This document shows, piece after piece, positions 1 to 12,693 of a stretch of DNA of 64,000 nucleotides. Under the pieces are notes generated by a model that was not told the origin of the DNA, ran no database searches, and saw only the letters and a program-made list of their open reading frames with translations. Within the stretch, counting starts at the first letter, position 1. Each line of letters begins with the position of its first letter. The position numbers and the translations under genes are program-made. Source of the stretch: Octopus sinensis (Eukaryota); contig NC_043001.1 of NCBI RefSeq assembly GCF_006345805.1, positions 114,948,001 through 115,012,000 of the forward strand. Reading direction: 5' to 3'.

Positions 1-270
1 TTCTGGGTATTAGCGCGAGTCTACGATGAGTCAACGATTAAAAAAAAAATTACCATAATTTTTTCCCATTTTAATGCATTTTTTCGCTATTATATAAGGG
101 AAGTAACTCTCTAAAAATGTCTACGACGAGTCAACGATTTCAAAAAAAAATTACCATCATTTTTTTTCATTTTTAATGCATTTTTTGCTATTTTTTGGCT
201 ATAACTCTCTAAAAATGCTAATATAATTATTTCCCTTCCAAACCCGAGCAACGCCGGGCGATACTGCTAG
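1..270 (+). mobile_element. Non-autonomous Helitron family 1, 3' part (cut by window edge)
   Basis: Ends in hairpin CCCGAGCAACGCCGGG, 8 nt, then CTAG|T (267-271). Reverse complement of copies at 4917, 46282 and 49761. Confidence 0.85.
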
Positions 271-383
271 TCTTTTATATTTAACTTTTTTAGTTTTCCT
301 ATCAGTATATAGTGACAATGTACAATTAAAAAAGAGCTTCTACCAATGCTTTTAGCCAAGATAATAGGTGCAATTGTTCATTA

Positions 384-809
384 TCACGCTGATTCACATC
401 CACCCAGCCGAGACTCAAACGTCATTGTGCATGAGTGACAAAACATTAGATAGGATAAGCAATTTAAACAATTGAGAGTGTTAGCGGTGTTGGGGATGCT
501 GGTGCTGTTTGTGATGGTCTTGTACGTGTGGGTTGTTAGTGGTGGTAGTGGTGGTGGTGATGGGTTTCCTGATGGAGGCGGCGGTGGTTGTGGCGACGAC
601 GACAATAATAAGAATGAAGAGGAGTATGACGTTGATAATTGGAGTGCGGTGATTACATTCACAGCGACGATTGATGATGGTCCATCAGAGAAAAGAGAAT
701 TATGAAGGCGTTGTTTACAGTGGAAGCAGATGTTCATGACGATGATGCTCATGAACTGTAGGAGGATGAGGGAGCTAAATGTGGAGATGATGTATGTGTA
801 GATAGGATT
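384..809 (-). other. Candidate open frame (TM-like segment plus Ser/Pro low-complexity); possible exon or pseudogene, unproven
   Basis: Frame is open from 809 (NPIYTYIISTFSSLILLQFMSIIVMNICFHCKQR...) to the stop at 384 and is preceded by an AG. The middle is GGT/GAT low complexity; upstream same-frame sequence has many stops. Confidence 0.15.
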
Positions 810-1605
810 CTATAGCAATCTACATCTCATTATATTTCATACATTAAACAGAACAATGACAGGAATTGTCTTTACACACCTGCGCCTCAAACGGGGTTTA
901 ATCCCTAAAGAGATGCTATAATCATTTTGTTTGCGTTTTAACCCTCTCATATTATTCTTCAAGTTTATACCATTATAATCAGTTGGTGATCAACTACGAC
1001 TTAGTGGAGATAATCTTTTAGAAATCCGATGCAGCGATGAGATTTCGATTGCCAGTGTTAGAGATTGACTTTCAAGGATGCACCAAGCATCTGTAAATGT
1101 CATCAATATTGCAAAAATCTTATTCATATTACCCTACATATTTGAAATCAGAATAAAAGACGAATTCAATTAATATTCGTTAACTGTAAACATGTTCAAG
1201 TGTGCATATAAGATTCGGAAGAGTATAATTTGAGATGATCGTGCAGTTATGTCATTGAAAGCTACCAGTTCGATATTCTTGTGTCCAAATAGAGTACAAG
1301 AATTTCATTGAACAATTAGATGGTGTGATTGTTTCCCAATCCTTCAAACTTTACGTCTACTGAAATTCAATTTAACCAGGTTCAGGCTGTTATCTGAAAT
1401 ATGTTATGTAATGGTTTGTTCCAAGTATATAGCCAATAACAATGAGAAAACAGAACAGGCCCATATTGGTGGATGACTTTTCATAATGTAAAACAAAATT
1501 GGTAATAATTAACTTTTATGATATATTTTATAATATTTTGTTAATGATACACACAGACATACACACACATACACTAATATATATATATATATATATTCAT
1601 ATTTA

Positions 1606-1839
1606 CAGGGATGGCCAAAAGTCACCTGACAGTAAATCAAAACCATTCAATTCCAAGATTAAAACAAAAAATATTTTTATATGAGATTTATCTAATAAAT
1701 AGACAAATGTTAAAAAAAGGTGATTTTGATTCACATCATTCAATTATTCAACATTCATGATTGAAATTAATAAATAAAATTGAATGTTAAGTATTTATAG
1801 AGTTTTGATTTATTGTCGAGTGATTTTTGGCCAACACTG
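1606..1839. mobile_element. Tc1/mariner-type MITE (234 bp)
   Basis: Imperfect ~38-bp TIRs (CAGGGATGGCCAAAAGTCACCTGACAGTAAATCAAAAC vs CAGTGTTGGCCAAAAATCACTCGACAATAAATCAAAAC) flanked by TA at 1604-1605 and 1840-1841. Confidence 0.8.
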
Positions 1840-1851
1840 TATATGTCTATG

Positions 1852-1915
<64 letters not shown>

Positions 1916-2776
1916 CATGCTTTATACACATAAGCATAGATACATATGCTTGTGTGTGTGTGTGTGTGTGTGTACGAAGCGTGGGGATAGACATCACAAA
2001 ATTTTACTATCAGAGATGTTCTTTTCCGATATGCTAAAGATAATTAGTTTAAATGCCAGATAAGTTAAAGTTTAGATTGAGTAAATTTTGATAAGGGAGT
2101 GTTATTTAGGATTGAACTTTGCAGCAGTCTTATTTATTCTCAACAAAGACTAATTCCATCCCGGCCTCTGGTTTCGACAACATTCGATTGCTTTGTTGTA
2201 TATAAGTTATGATTTCCCAAAATGAATGTCATGCATTCAGTATATAACTTTCTTGTAAAATCTTGGAGAAATTTGGTTATTTAAGCCTTTATTGTATTAT
2301 TACGGCCTATAATTTCCTCCATCCTAATAGCCATGTCACATTCTAACATTTATAGTAAAATAAAAACCAGATTTCACATCATAGCTCAACTCATTTTCTA
2401 ATGTCTTCACTTAACGAAATCCACTGAGAAATTTTATTTAATCAATCATTTTGAAATAATGAATAAAATTGACATTTTCAACTACAAATTTAATTGAGTG
2501 GAATCGTAAGTAAATAATCTAATCATAAATTTTGAACATCCTTCGAATGAATTGCAAGCAACTTTCTATTTGATCTGTTGCTGTTGAAAGCTTACCCTCA
2601 TTCCAACTTACTCAGTGAGTCTCTATTTTCATGATGCATATCTTATAACCTGCCATTTTCAGTTGCTGAACACATCATGTATAGTCATCCAGGTATATAT
2701 TTTTTCTGTCTTCTACTCTATATTGAGTGTAGAGACTGAAATGTCAAATGCTCTATTCTTCACTACAATTGAACTT

Positions 2777-3073
2777 TATTTACATTATTTACATTCGACG
2801 GATATTTGTCATCATCTTGTTTGTTGTTAACACAACTTTTCAGCTGATATACTCACCAGACTTCTTCAGGTGTCTTGGGGAAATTTCGAACCTGAGTTTT
2901 CATTCCTAAGGTCTTTTTCGATGTTATTATTATTATTATTATTGTTGTTGTTGTTGTTGCTGTTCGTGTTCAGGTCACTGCTTGGAATCAAAAACAAGAT
3001 GAGGACAAATATCCGTCGAATGTAAATAATGTAAATAATGTACATATTTCCTCATCTCTTAAATATAGAACTG
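2777..3073. mobile_element. HHR-tailed tRNA-SINE insertion with internal inversion
   Basis: 2777-2989 is the SINE body on minus and 2990-3073 is the 3' tail on plus. 13-bp flanking direct repeat TACAATT(G/A)AACTT at 2764-2776 and 3074-3086. Homologous to 33037-33487 and 60786-61106. Confidence 0.75.
2829..2874 (-). ncRNA. Minimal hammerhead-like motif, degenerate
   Basis: Minus strand reads GACAC-CTGAAGA-A-GTCTG-gtgagtatat-CAGCT-GAAA-AGTT-GTGTT. Confidence 0.5.
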
Positions 3074-3149
3074 TACAATTAAACTTATTCAGCATTTAAG
3101 GAGCTAATCTGTTATATTTTAAGTACATTTATTTATTTGACAAAGGAGC

Positions 3150-3900
3150 TGGTAATATGTCACAGAACTTTATGGTTGTTCCACTAAAGGAAATCTCAGC
3201 TATGTTACAGTTTCAGATACTGTCAGTCACACATGGTAGCTTTCAAGGTACTAAGTCTGTACTTGTGCAGATCCGTACTCTTGATTCTCTTTCTCCACAA
3301 AACTCTCCTTGACTCACCTATTATCATATAAGCCTCGAAGTGAGTGACATATCTGAATAAGTTTTCACTGATTTCAGACGAATTTACACTGCTGTTTGGT
3401 TGAACATATATAATGTTTTTATTGTTTGCTGTTGTCCAAGTGAGTAGCGGAGTTATGTCTGCCAGAATGTTAACTCTGTCAGTGTTTAGGACAGCCTGTA
3501 ATCAATCGACTGGATGTTGGAAGGGATTGCGTATGCATGTGTTGAGAAACCGAGAGCTAGAGGAGTTTCAGCAAGGATTACATCCCGACTTGAGTTTGTT
3601 AGACGGTTGACGACACTCTAGTAAGCAATCACTTTCCACTTTGTCTTCTGGATCGTGGTATTAAGGTGGGCAGCGGTCAATTGTGATCTAAGAACATTAT
3701 TTACAATGTCCAGTGGATGTTTCTGATCAAGGTATTGGTATTTTGGCTTTGTTACAGAATTTTTAGAAGAATTCGTAAAGAGATAGCTCACGCCATCATG
3801 TTATGTTATCTGATCAAAGAAATTTACCAACCTTTCCCTTAATCTAATGCAATCTGTGTACTATGCGACAAAATCAGAACCTTCAATACACAAAGTCCGA
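3150..3900 (-). pseudogene. Possible ancient Penelope-like element ORF 3' end (RT thumb/GIY-YIG), heavily decayed
   Basis: Minus-strand fragments in order SRRQSGK*LLTRV, GCNPC, KNIIYV, IIGESRRVL resemble the PLE linker, Cys motif and GIY-YIG order. Many stops and frameshifts. Confidence 0.3.
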
Positions 3901-4387
3901 CCGTATTATCATATCTGGTCTGTAATTGGTGTAGATGTTCAAAAGCAACGGAATAAACACAAGGCTTATTGTACATTATTATATGATAACAACTCAAATC
4001 GAAACATCATATTCTCCAACATATTTTCAGGAATCCTGTAAGCCTGATGTCTCTTGTAGTTTTTAGAATATTGTTGAATCTGTACACTGAAGATATGTCA
4101 ACAAAAACTATATCAGTTAACATTCGTTTTATAAATCTGTCCAGCATATGTTACGTGAGATTGTATATTCGCTGCTTGATAAAATCCTGCTCGCTGAGAA
4201 TCGATGCTTTTGCTTACGTTTAGAGGCGTTCTATTGAGCATTTGGCACCAAAATTATTTAAGTGTGCTTGAGACGTATGACCGTCTTCTATCTTTTGTGA
4301 TCTCATGGATTTTCCCCGTTTCAGCAGTCCTAATGAATAATTCTTCCTGCACAACTGAAGATCATATATAGTCAGAAAATGATAATA

Positions 4388-4766
4388 GGCGCAGGAGTGG
4401 CTGTGTGGTAAGTACCTTGCTAACCAACCACATGGTTCCGGGTTCAGTCCCACTGCGTGGCATATTGGCAGATGTCTTCTGCTATAGCCCCGGGCCGACC
4501 AATGCCTTGTGAGTGGATTTGGTAGACGGAAATATATGTATGTGTGTGTTTGTGTGTGTTTGTGTGTCTGTTTCACCCCCTAGCATTGCTTGACAACCGA
4601 TGCTGGTGTGTTTACGTCCCCGTCACATAGCGGTTCGGCAAAAGAGACCGATAGAATAAGTACTAGGCTTACAAAGAATAAGTCCCGGGGTTGATTTGGT
4701 CGACTAAAGGCGGTGCCCCAGCATGGCCGCGGTCAAATGACTGAAACAAGTAAAAGAGTAAAAGAG
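4388..4766 (+). mobile_element. tRNA-derived SINE, family A (GGCGCAGGAGTGGCTGTGTGG head)
   Basis: A/B-box-like head, internal TA/TG microsatellite, tail CTGAAACAAGTAAAAGAG. Matches copies at 54000, 51481, 61648 and 43728. Confidence 0.9.
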
Positions 4767-4916
4767 ATATATCTGTAGGAGATACTTTTTATATCAGACT
4801 AAATCCTTGAAATTCTCAGTTGAAATATCATCACAATAATTTACAGTTTCCATCTCCTCAATTAGGAGTGGTCTTTCAATATGATTGTTACAGTGAGGGT
4901 TAGCAAATATAATGAA

Positions 4917-5315
4917 CTAGCAGTATCGCCCGGCGTTGCTCGGGTTTGTAAGGGAAATAACTATATAAGCATTTTTAGAGAGTTATAGCCAAAAAATAGC
5001 AAAAAATGCATTAAAAATGGAAAAAAAAATGATAGTAATTTTTTTTTAAAGCGTTGACTCATCGTAGACATTTTTAGAGAGTTACTTCCCTTATATAATA
5101 GCGAAAAAATGCATTAAAATGGAAAAAATGATGGTAATTTTTTTTTAAATCGTAGACTCATCGTAGACGCGCGCTAATACCCAGAAGGGCTCGATATGAA
5201 TCACAACTATAAGATACCCGGTTTTGGTTAAACTGCACCGCAAAATGTGGGAGTAGTTAGGAATCTAAATCGTAGGAGACAGACACTCACACAACTTCAC
5301 TTTTATATATAAAGA
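4917..5315 (-). mobile_element. Non-autonomous Helitron family 1, full length (~400 bp)
   Basis: On minus: A|TCTTTATATAT... start, hairpin and CTAG|T end, inserted between A and T, no TSD. Internal ~115-bp tandem duplication. Confidence 0.9.
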
Positions 5316-5799
5316 TTACAGTGACCTTACAGATTACAAGCCATAGCTTACTCGTTCTGAGATATCTGTAGATTCGTTCAGTGCACTCTAGTCTTTTGAA
5401 AACAATACGAGATAGTTCTTATTATTTTGTCACAGATGTTGAATTGATTACTCTGCGAAGTTAACTGTTTCCAAGTATGTGACGTAGTCATCGCAGTGCG
5501 CAGATATTTGGAGTGAAAGAAAGGATATTGCTCTCTATGCAGACTGGAAAAATATACTTCAAATCTATAATGTTTATTGTCATGCTTAACAAAGATTTTA
5601 ATCCTTTTTACCTTCCATTCCAACTGAGTGGTGAATCCATTCATGTTCGCTTACATGTAGATAAAGAGCTTTCTAGAAATCACGACAACTGATAACAAGT
5701 ACTAGATTGATTTGAGTAACTATAGGATGAGAGTGAGTTCATGGAATGGAATCCTTTAGAATCCCACACACAGACATGCAACGGCACTGACTGTAATCT

Positions 5800-6023
5800 T
5801 ATTTCTTTATTGCCAACTAGGAGATAAACATAGAAGGGAGAAACAGAGACAGATAAAGGGATTAAGTCGATTACATCGATCCCAGTGCATAACTGGTACT
5901 TAATTTATCGACCCCGGAAAGATGACAGGCAAAGTCGACCTCGGCGGAATTTGAATTCAGAACGTAACTGCAGACGAAATACTGCTGAGTATTTCGCCCG
6001 GCGTGGTAATGTTTCTGCCAGCT
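5800..6023 (-). mobile_element. tRNA-derived SINE, family D
   Basis: Reverse complement of 45195-45425 (GAGCTGGCAGAAAC head, GTTCAAATTCCGCCGAGG B-box region, GGGGTCGATAAA central block). Confidence 0.85.
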
Positions 6024-7062
6024 AGAATCTATGTATCCAAATGGCGCTTCATATAACCGTATGAAACTGGCCTGATGCATGAAGCTAAGTGGTTTGCCTG
6101 TGCACACGTTCAACTACCCACTTCGGTTCCTGTCGGACTCCATCTAACACCATTATGTACTATGGCTATACTGGGTGCTTCGAACTAATGATCCCTAAGA
6201 TTAGAAAATATTTCACTCGGCAAATTATATTTGGTGTTATAGCATTAATACTTCATCTATGGATTAGCGCGAGATGAAAGGTAGAGGATGCTGACATTGA
6301 AACAAGAAACGAAACCTCGAAATAAATGGGATGTTTAACTAGCAAGTTTGGATGTCGAATATCATTGCCAACTCTAGCACACTACTTCCGTTTAATGAAT
6401 AATTACTGAGATCACATAGTTGAAATTGTGTTCAATCCTTACATATGCAACGCTGCATAGACATTAATCAGAAAATGTGAGTTTAATCAATATCTGACTT
6501 TAAAATGATTCATATGGCAAACAGTATCGCTTACTTTCTGAAGTATGAAATAAATTCGATTATACATCAGGAAACCTTACGATGTAACAATATAGAGATA
6601 TTTACTATGAACTGGCCACGTTCTGTGATACTGCTTTACATTATCACAAACTCCATTTCAATTATGACTTTCGATAAATGGTCCTTCTATATTTCTTTCA
6701 ACTGATTATTAATAATAGCGAAATACAGAAATAACGTGTTAATAAAATCGGTTATATATAAATTCAGAGAAAATAATGCCATCATCTTATTATGCATGTT
6801 TCTTGGCAAAGTTTCAGTTTGTAGATAAAAACCTTTCTCGTTATTGGTAAGGATTTTGCTTCAAATATACTGCATATTTATACGTATGGTAATATTCAGG
6901 GCTAGCATAAAATTGCCATTGCATAAAAGTGAATTAGAAAGATATGTATCTGTTTATGGATAAGGAACTAGTGTAGTGCATATACCACTTCCAGAAGGCT
7001 TGAGATCCATTCAAGAGAAAAAGTACATTGAATTAAATCTCATGTATACATGTATGTTTGTT

Positions 7063-7064
<2 letters not shown>

Positions 7065-7094
<30 letters not shown>

Positions 7095-7144
7095 TGTATG
7101 TATGTATGTATGTATGTATGTATGTATGTATGTATGTATGTATG
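7065..7144. repeat. (TATG)n microsatellite; a second array at ~7497-7560
   Basis: Directly visible. Confidence 0.95.
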
Positions 7145-7159
7145 ATATATACATATGTG

Positions 7160-7330
7160 TGTTTTGCTTTATGTATGCATCGTAATGCATATAACTGCAT
7201 ATCTAGACATGCTCATATATATCTAAATGATAAACTTCTGGAAAGTTTTAAATATATTTACAGTTCCAGTGATGGATTGGATCTGAAGTCTTCGAATTAG
7301 CTTTCACCTTTCTAAGTGTGAGAAGCGTAA
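7160..7330. repeat. Unclassified dispersed repeat adjacent to (TATG)n
   Basis: Inverted homolog at ~25650-25820 (GCATATCTAGACATGCTCATATATAT...CAGTTCCA(G/C)TGATGGATTGGATC). Confidence 0.7.
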
Positions 7331-7765
7331 TTTCTCCAGATCGGATTGAGGCAGTGCATAACATATTCCAGGGCCCCAATAATTACAGGCATAAACCGGA
7401 AATTGTAATTTGGGTAGAGTCACTGCAAATTTCTTCAGCTTTATTTTAACATCCATTGTGCAGCTAAATTTCACAGCTGTACACAGTTTCTCTTCATGTA
7501 TGTATGTATGTATGTATGTATGTATGTATGTATGTATGTATGTAGTATGTATGTATGTATGCACGTATATATTTATGTATGGATGTATTTGTGTATGTTT
7601 GTATTATTCCTTCATTTTACAGGTTTCGGTCATTGAAATCTGGCACCGCTTCCAATAGCGACAGCGTTGTTTTTCATTTCCTTTATAGTTAGTTTTTAGA
7701 GTATCTGGTTGACCTCAATAATTTTACGGTCTCTTATTTTATTGATATATATTAAATTTGTTAGT

Positions 7766-8014
7766 GGAGGCGCGTGGCTTAGTGGTTAGGGTGTCAGCAT
7801 TATGATTGTAAGGTTGTGGTTTCGATTCCTGGACAAGGCGACGCGTTGTGTTCTTGAGCAAAACACTTCATTTCACGTTGCTCCAGTCCGCTCAGCTGGC
7901 TAAAATGAGTAACGCTGCGATGGACTGGCGTCCTGTCCAGCTGGGGAATACATACGCCATTGAAACCGGGAAACCGGGCCCATGAGCCTGTCTAGGCTTT
8001 AAAAAAAGGGCACA
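7766..8014 (+). mobile_element. tRNA-derived SINE, family B
   Basis: Head GGAGGCGCGTGGCTTAGTGG...GGTTTCGATTCC; central TTCTTGAGCAA...GTTGCTCCAGT...CTCAGCTG; tail AACGCTGCGATGGACTGGCGTCC. Confidence 0.9.
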
Positions 8015-8444
8015 TTTATTTTTATTATATTAAATTTATTGGTTACATTACTATCCTGACACTACGACGGTTTATTTTTAAGCATACAGACATATTACAT
8101 ACATGGATAATTATCGATATATACTACAGATATTGTAGACACGTGTGCATGTTTGCATGTATATTATACATCATATAATTGTTATTTACTTATTCGAATC
8201 GGAAGAGGGAGCACTGCCCATAGCTTACACAGGCACTTCTAAGCTGGTAGAAGTTATGCTGTTAATGTTTTAATGTGAACAAACGTGAAGGGATCAGTGG
8301 ATAACTGATCTTCTAAGAAAAGAAGGGTTACACGTAATGACAGCGCCAGATATGATGCATAAAATATGTGTGCCTAGAGGACAATCGAGTGGATGGGTAG
8401 TACCTGGATAGTAGAGGTAATAGCACAGCTATCTCTAGCGAGTA

Positions 8445-8585
8445 GACAATACCAAATAGGTTCATACACTCCATAGTCCAAGAATGTGGGGTCATATCGT
8501 ACGCCTTACGATAGTCTATCCATGACATGGCTAAGTTGCTTTTCCTCCTCTTGCAGTCTCTAAGTACAGTTTTGTCTATCAAACG
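8445..8585 (-). pseudogene. R4/Dong-like non-LTR retrotransposon RT fragment
   Basis: IDKTVLRDCKRRKSNLAMSWIDYRKAYDMTPHSW is the RT motif WIDYxKAYD-x2-PHSW. Confidence 0.85.
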
Positions 8586-8740
8586 CTAAAGAAGTGAGGA
8601 CGCCACTGGGTTAGAGTATTCTTAAATAATAATAATAATAATAATAACAATAACAATAGTGTAGATACCTAAGGTAACAGGTAGTAACCCGCTACCTACA
8701 AAATCCAAAGAGAAATAAGACGAAACCTGAGCTCTGTTTC

Positions 8741-8773
<33 letters not shown>

Positions 8774-8776
8774 AAC

Positions 8777-8809
<33 letters not shown>

Positions 8810-8856
8810 TAATAATAATAATAAATAATAATAATAATATAATAATAATAAAAGAA

Positions 8857-9175
8857 ATGGAGAAACTCTCAAAATACAAAGACCTGGAAATAGAGGTAAC
8901 TAGAATGTGGAATCTGAAAACAGAAACAATTCCTATCATAGTAGGTGCATTAGGCATGATAAAAAAATATTCAGACAAATACATAACAAAAACACCAGGA
9001 CTTACAAACACATATAACATACAGAAAATTGCACTACTAGGCACTGCACACATCCTACGCAGAACACTTTCCATACAATAACCATCAGAGCATCACAACA
9101 AATCACAGCACATACCCAAGGCACACAGAGCTGCGCTCGGTAGTGAAGTGAAAGCACGCTATAAAAATAAAACTA

Positions 9176-9179
<4 letters not shown>
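8857..9179 (+). mobile_element. 5'-truncated R4/Dong-like RLE retrotransposon 3' end (endonuclease C-terminus plus 3' UTR)
   Basis: EKLSKYKDLEIEVTRMWNLKTETIPIIVGALG...QKIALLGTAHILR is the RLE K-x2-KY motif region. Flanked by (TAA)n on both sides. Confidence 0.85.
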
Positions 9180-9267
<88 letters not shown>

Positions 9268-9310
9268 GAAGAAGAAGAAGAGAAGAAGAAGAAGAAGAAC
9301 AATAATAATA
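9180..9310. repeat. (TAA)n/(GAA)n microsatellite; also (AAC)n/(TAA)n at 8740-8850
   Basis: Directly visible. Confidence 0.95.
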
Positions 9311-9344
9311 TGTATTCAAAAGCCACCAACAAGATGTCAAACAT

Positions 9345-10195
9345 TATTCATAGATGACCTCAAACTTTATAGTAAAGAATTCCAAATCAATTACCTTGTT
9401 GATACGGTGTATTCTTTCAGTACTGATATTGAAATGGTGTTCGGACTGAAAAAGTGTGGTTTGTTAGTCTTGAAGAGAGACAACATCAAATGTATGGACG
9501 GGCTAACGATACTGTGAGGGAGGTTATGAAGCAGATAGGGGAGAGGGGCTATAAGTACTTGGGGATATTGGAAATGGAGTACTTGTGCAGACTGAGACTG
9601 ATCCTTAAGTCGAAATTAAGCAGACGGAATAAGATTGAAGCTATCAACACCAGGGCGGTTTCACTCCTTAGATATGGAGCAGAAGTAATCGCATGGACAG
9701 TAGACGAACTAAACAGCTTATACAGAGACAAGGAAGTTGCTGACTAGGTATGGGATACTCCATCCAAAAGGTGACACAGACACACTATACTTACTAAGAA
9801 AACGAGGGAGAAGAGGACTGATTGGATTCGAACACAGCGTTAGAGCAGAAGAAAACAACATAGTATGGTATGTAAAGAATGCTATAGAACCACTATTATT
9901 GGGAGAAAAAGGTCAGGCTTGTGTAGGATGAAAGATTGCAAAGATAGATCACTCTAGAAATACTTGAGAATGAATGTAACTGAAATGGGTGGATAAGGAA
10001 AAGAATGCATGGACAATTTGATAGGGATGTTGAACATAGGGATGTTGACAGGCAGAGAAAAAAGATGCTTATGGATGAATAAAATGATTTAAAACCGGAA
10101 ACGGAGGCTCTAATCTGTGCTGCTCAACAGCAAGCACTAAGAGCCAATTGCATCAAATACAGAGTAGACAACACATCAGAAAGTGATATATGCAA
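9345..10195 (+). pseudogene. R4/Dong-like RT palm/thumb fragment, frameshifted
   Basis: FIDDLKLY, FGLKKC, YKYLGILE, LRLILKSKLSRRNKIEAINT, LHPKGDTDTLYLLRKRGRRGL and ETEALICAAQQQAL occur in order across frames. Confidence 0.85.
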
Positions 10196-10955
10196 GTGAG
10201 ATATACATATAAAAGATATACATATAAAAGTATACATATGAAAGTGAGATATACATATACACACGGGCGAGCCCGCATGCGTATGATTTTTCTTTGTGCT
10301 TAATTTAAGTTCTTTTTTTAGCTAAGGCAGTACCCCGTGTTTGTAAATATACAGCTGAGATGGTGTGCTGGTTGAACTGTCGATGCATGCACCCATGTAT
10401 GTGTCTCTATTTACATAAGAATCACACGTGGAGAATTTTGGGAAAACCTTCACCGTGCTACTAACAGATTGGATAGGGAGAATCCGAGTCCATTTCTTTA
10501 GCTCTTTTTCCATGAAACCGAATATTTCTCAGGTTTTTGTGCAAATTAGTTGGTAAGCATCTTTGATAAGTACAAATGGGAGTTGTACAAGACTTGTAAA
10601 CACCGCCTTAATTCGCCATAAATGTACTCTTTTTTTTCTGGAATTTTGATTGCACATTTACATCCACTGGACAGCTGACCGTTATAACAGTATGATGCTT
10701 TGTTCCCTGTCTCACAGAAGAAGTCGATTATGTTTGCACCGATTTGATGCTTTTATTGGGGTGATCCACCAGTATTCTTTGTTTATAAAGGTGTGAATAC
10801 CTACAGGTTGTGAAATGACTTTGACATAATACATCAGGGCAGTCCTTCCTACGATTAGTTATGTAAATAGTCTTTGCAACTGCCTCAGGGGCACGTAGTA
10901 TCTCGTAAACATCTATCTATCTGTCTATCTAGCAATCTATCTATCTATCTACCTA

Positions 10956-10999
<44 letters not shown>

Positions 11000-11028
11000 A
11001 TATATATATATATATATTATATATGTAA

Positions 11029-11088
<60 letters not shown>

Positions 11089-12693
11089 GTATGTACTTAT
11101 GTATGTATGTATGTATGTATGTATGTATGTATGTATGTATATGTATCATCAAGCACGCACACACTTATCCAACAGCGCCTCTGCTGCGGTAAATAAATTG
11201 AATATTTTCATAGATGTGCAAACTGAGGTTAAGCATATTGCACAACACCAAGAACAACATATCAACAATTACATTATTTTTATCGTATACATTATATATT
11301 GCCTGTTTTTGATGTCTAGAAACTGTCATTTCAATTCACTTTATGGAATATTTATGCTTGGCAATTTTACACTTCAAAGACCATATGTTTGGTAAGGAAT
11401 TATACTTTAGGCATCAATATATAACTTTGAAACTCAAGAGAATTTAGCAAGTAGTTCCACTAATTATTGTTTCTACAGAAGCTTTTCTTTTTGTGTGTGT
11501 GTGTCTGTCTGTCTGTCTGTGTGTCTGTCTGTCTCTCTCTCTCTCTCTCTTGTGTCTCTCCCTCTCTCTGTCTATTCCCGTGTTTGTTATTTGGTGAACT
11601 TTATACTGCGGAAGGTGGTACTACTTTGGTTGGGTTATAGATTATCAGCAACTTAATCTTGATCATGTAAATAAGTTAGCTTTGGGACCACGTAATACCA
11701 GTACGTATTCGAACGCCTGGCTATTTTAGTAGGAGGGTTCTATGGAATGTAATGCAACGTTGAACATAATATATATATTCACTGACAGAAATCGTTTAAA
11801 TTGCACATGCAGAATAACTCTTCCTCTGTTGAAGGATGCTGTGTCATCACCACAAGTTATGCATTTACACCATCATTAAAACTAACTATCGAATTCTGCT
11901 CCAAAAATTGCAAGTGTGCTGTTTTGCACCCACTTTTTATAACCCGTTTCATCTTGTCTCTGATGTCAGATCCTTGATACCGTTCACGAGAATGTCAGAG
12001 AGCGACTCATTCATGTTGTACAGCGGATAAGGAACTACTAAACTGTTCCGGTTAAAATTAGCAAGCAGCAGCATGTACGATTTGAACAACACCCGTCGAT
12101 AAATACCTAATAATTATTTGCATATTTGCATCGATTTCGGCACTACCCTCGGATGTATGCGTAAATATACTTACATACACGTATACACACACACGTACTT
12201 AGACACACACACACGTACTTAGACACACACACACACACACACACACACACAAGCATATATATCTATATATATGAAGTGAGGATGTGTGTATGTGTAAACC
12301 CGTGGAACTTCTGAAGTTCGCAACTGAGTTTCCCCAAACTGGGAACATACATTACTTATGTTTCAGAGTTAGTTTTAAAAGTTTTCATATAATGAGTAAT
12401 GGGCCTCTGGGCACAAATCCACCACCTTTCCTGGGATACGTAAGACTATCCGCATGGCCCAGGCATTGCTTCTGTTCAAACTGGAAAGAAAAGCTACTGA
12501 AATTATATGAGTAGGTTGTATAAAATAGATAAACCCATTTAGGCTTCAAACAATGGCGTCTAAGTGGTAGCAATAATAGCCTGTTCCCGCAGTACGTTAG
12601 GTAGCAACCTGCTGGAATAAAAATTGTGGGGAACCCACTGTGTTTATTAAGAAACATATGCTAAAATGTGATAAATCCTGAGCAACACTTCAG

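Noticed and set aside
813-1400. Upstream continuation as a GPCR or ion-channel pseudogene (SISLGI, LRRRCVKTIP)
   Set aside because: Many in-frame stops, and motif spacing is inconsistent with either family.
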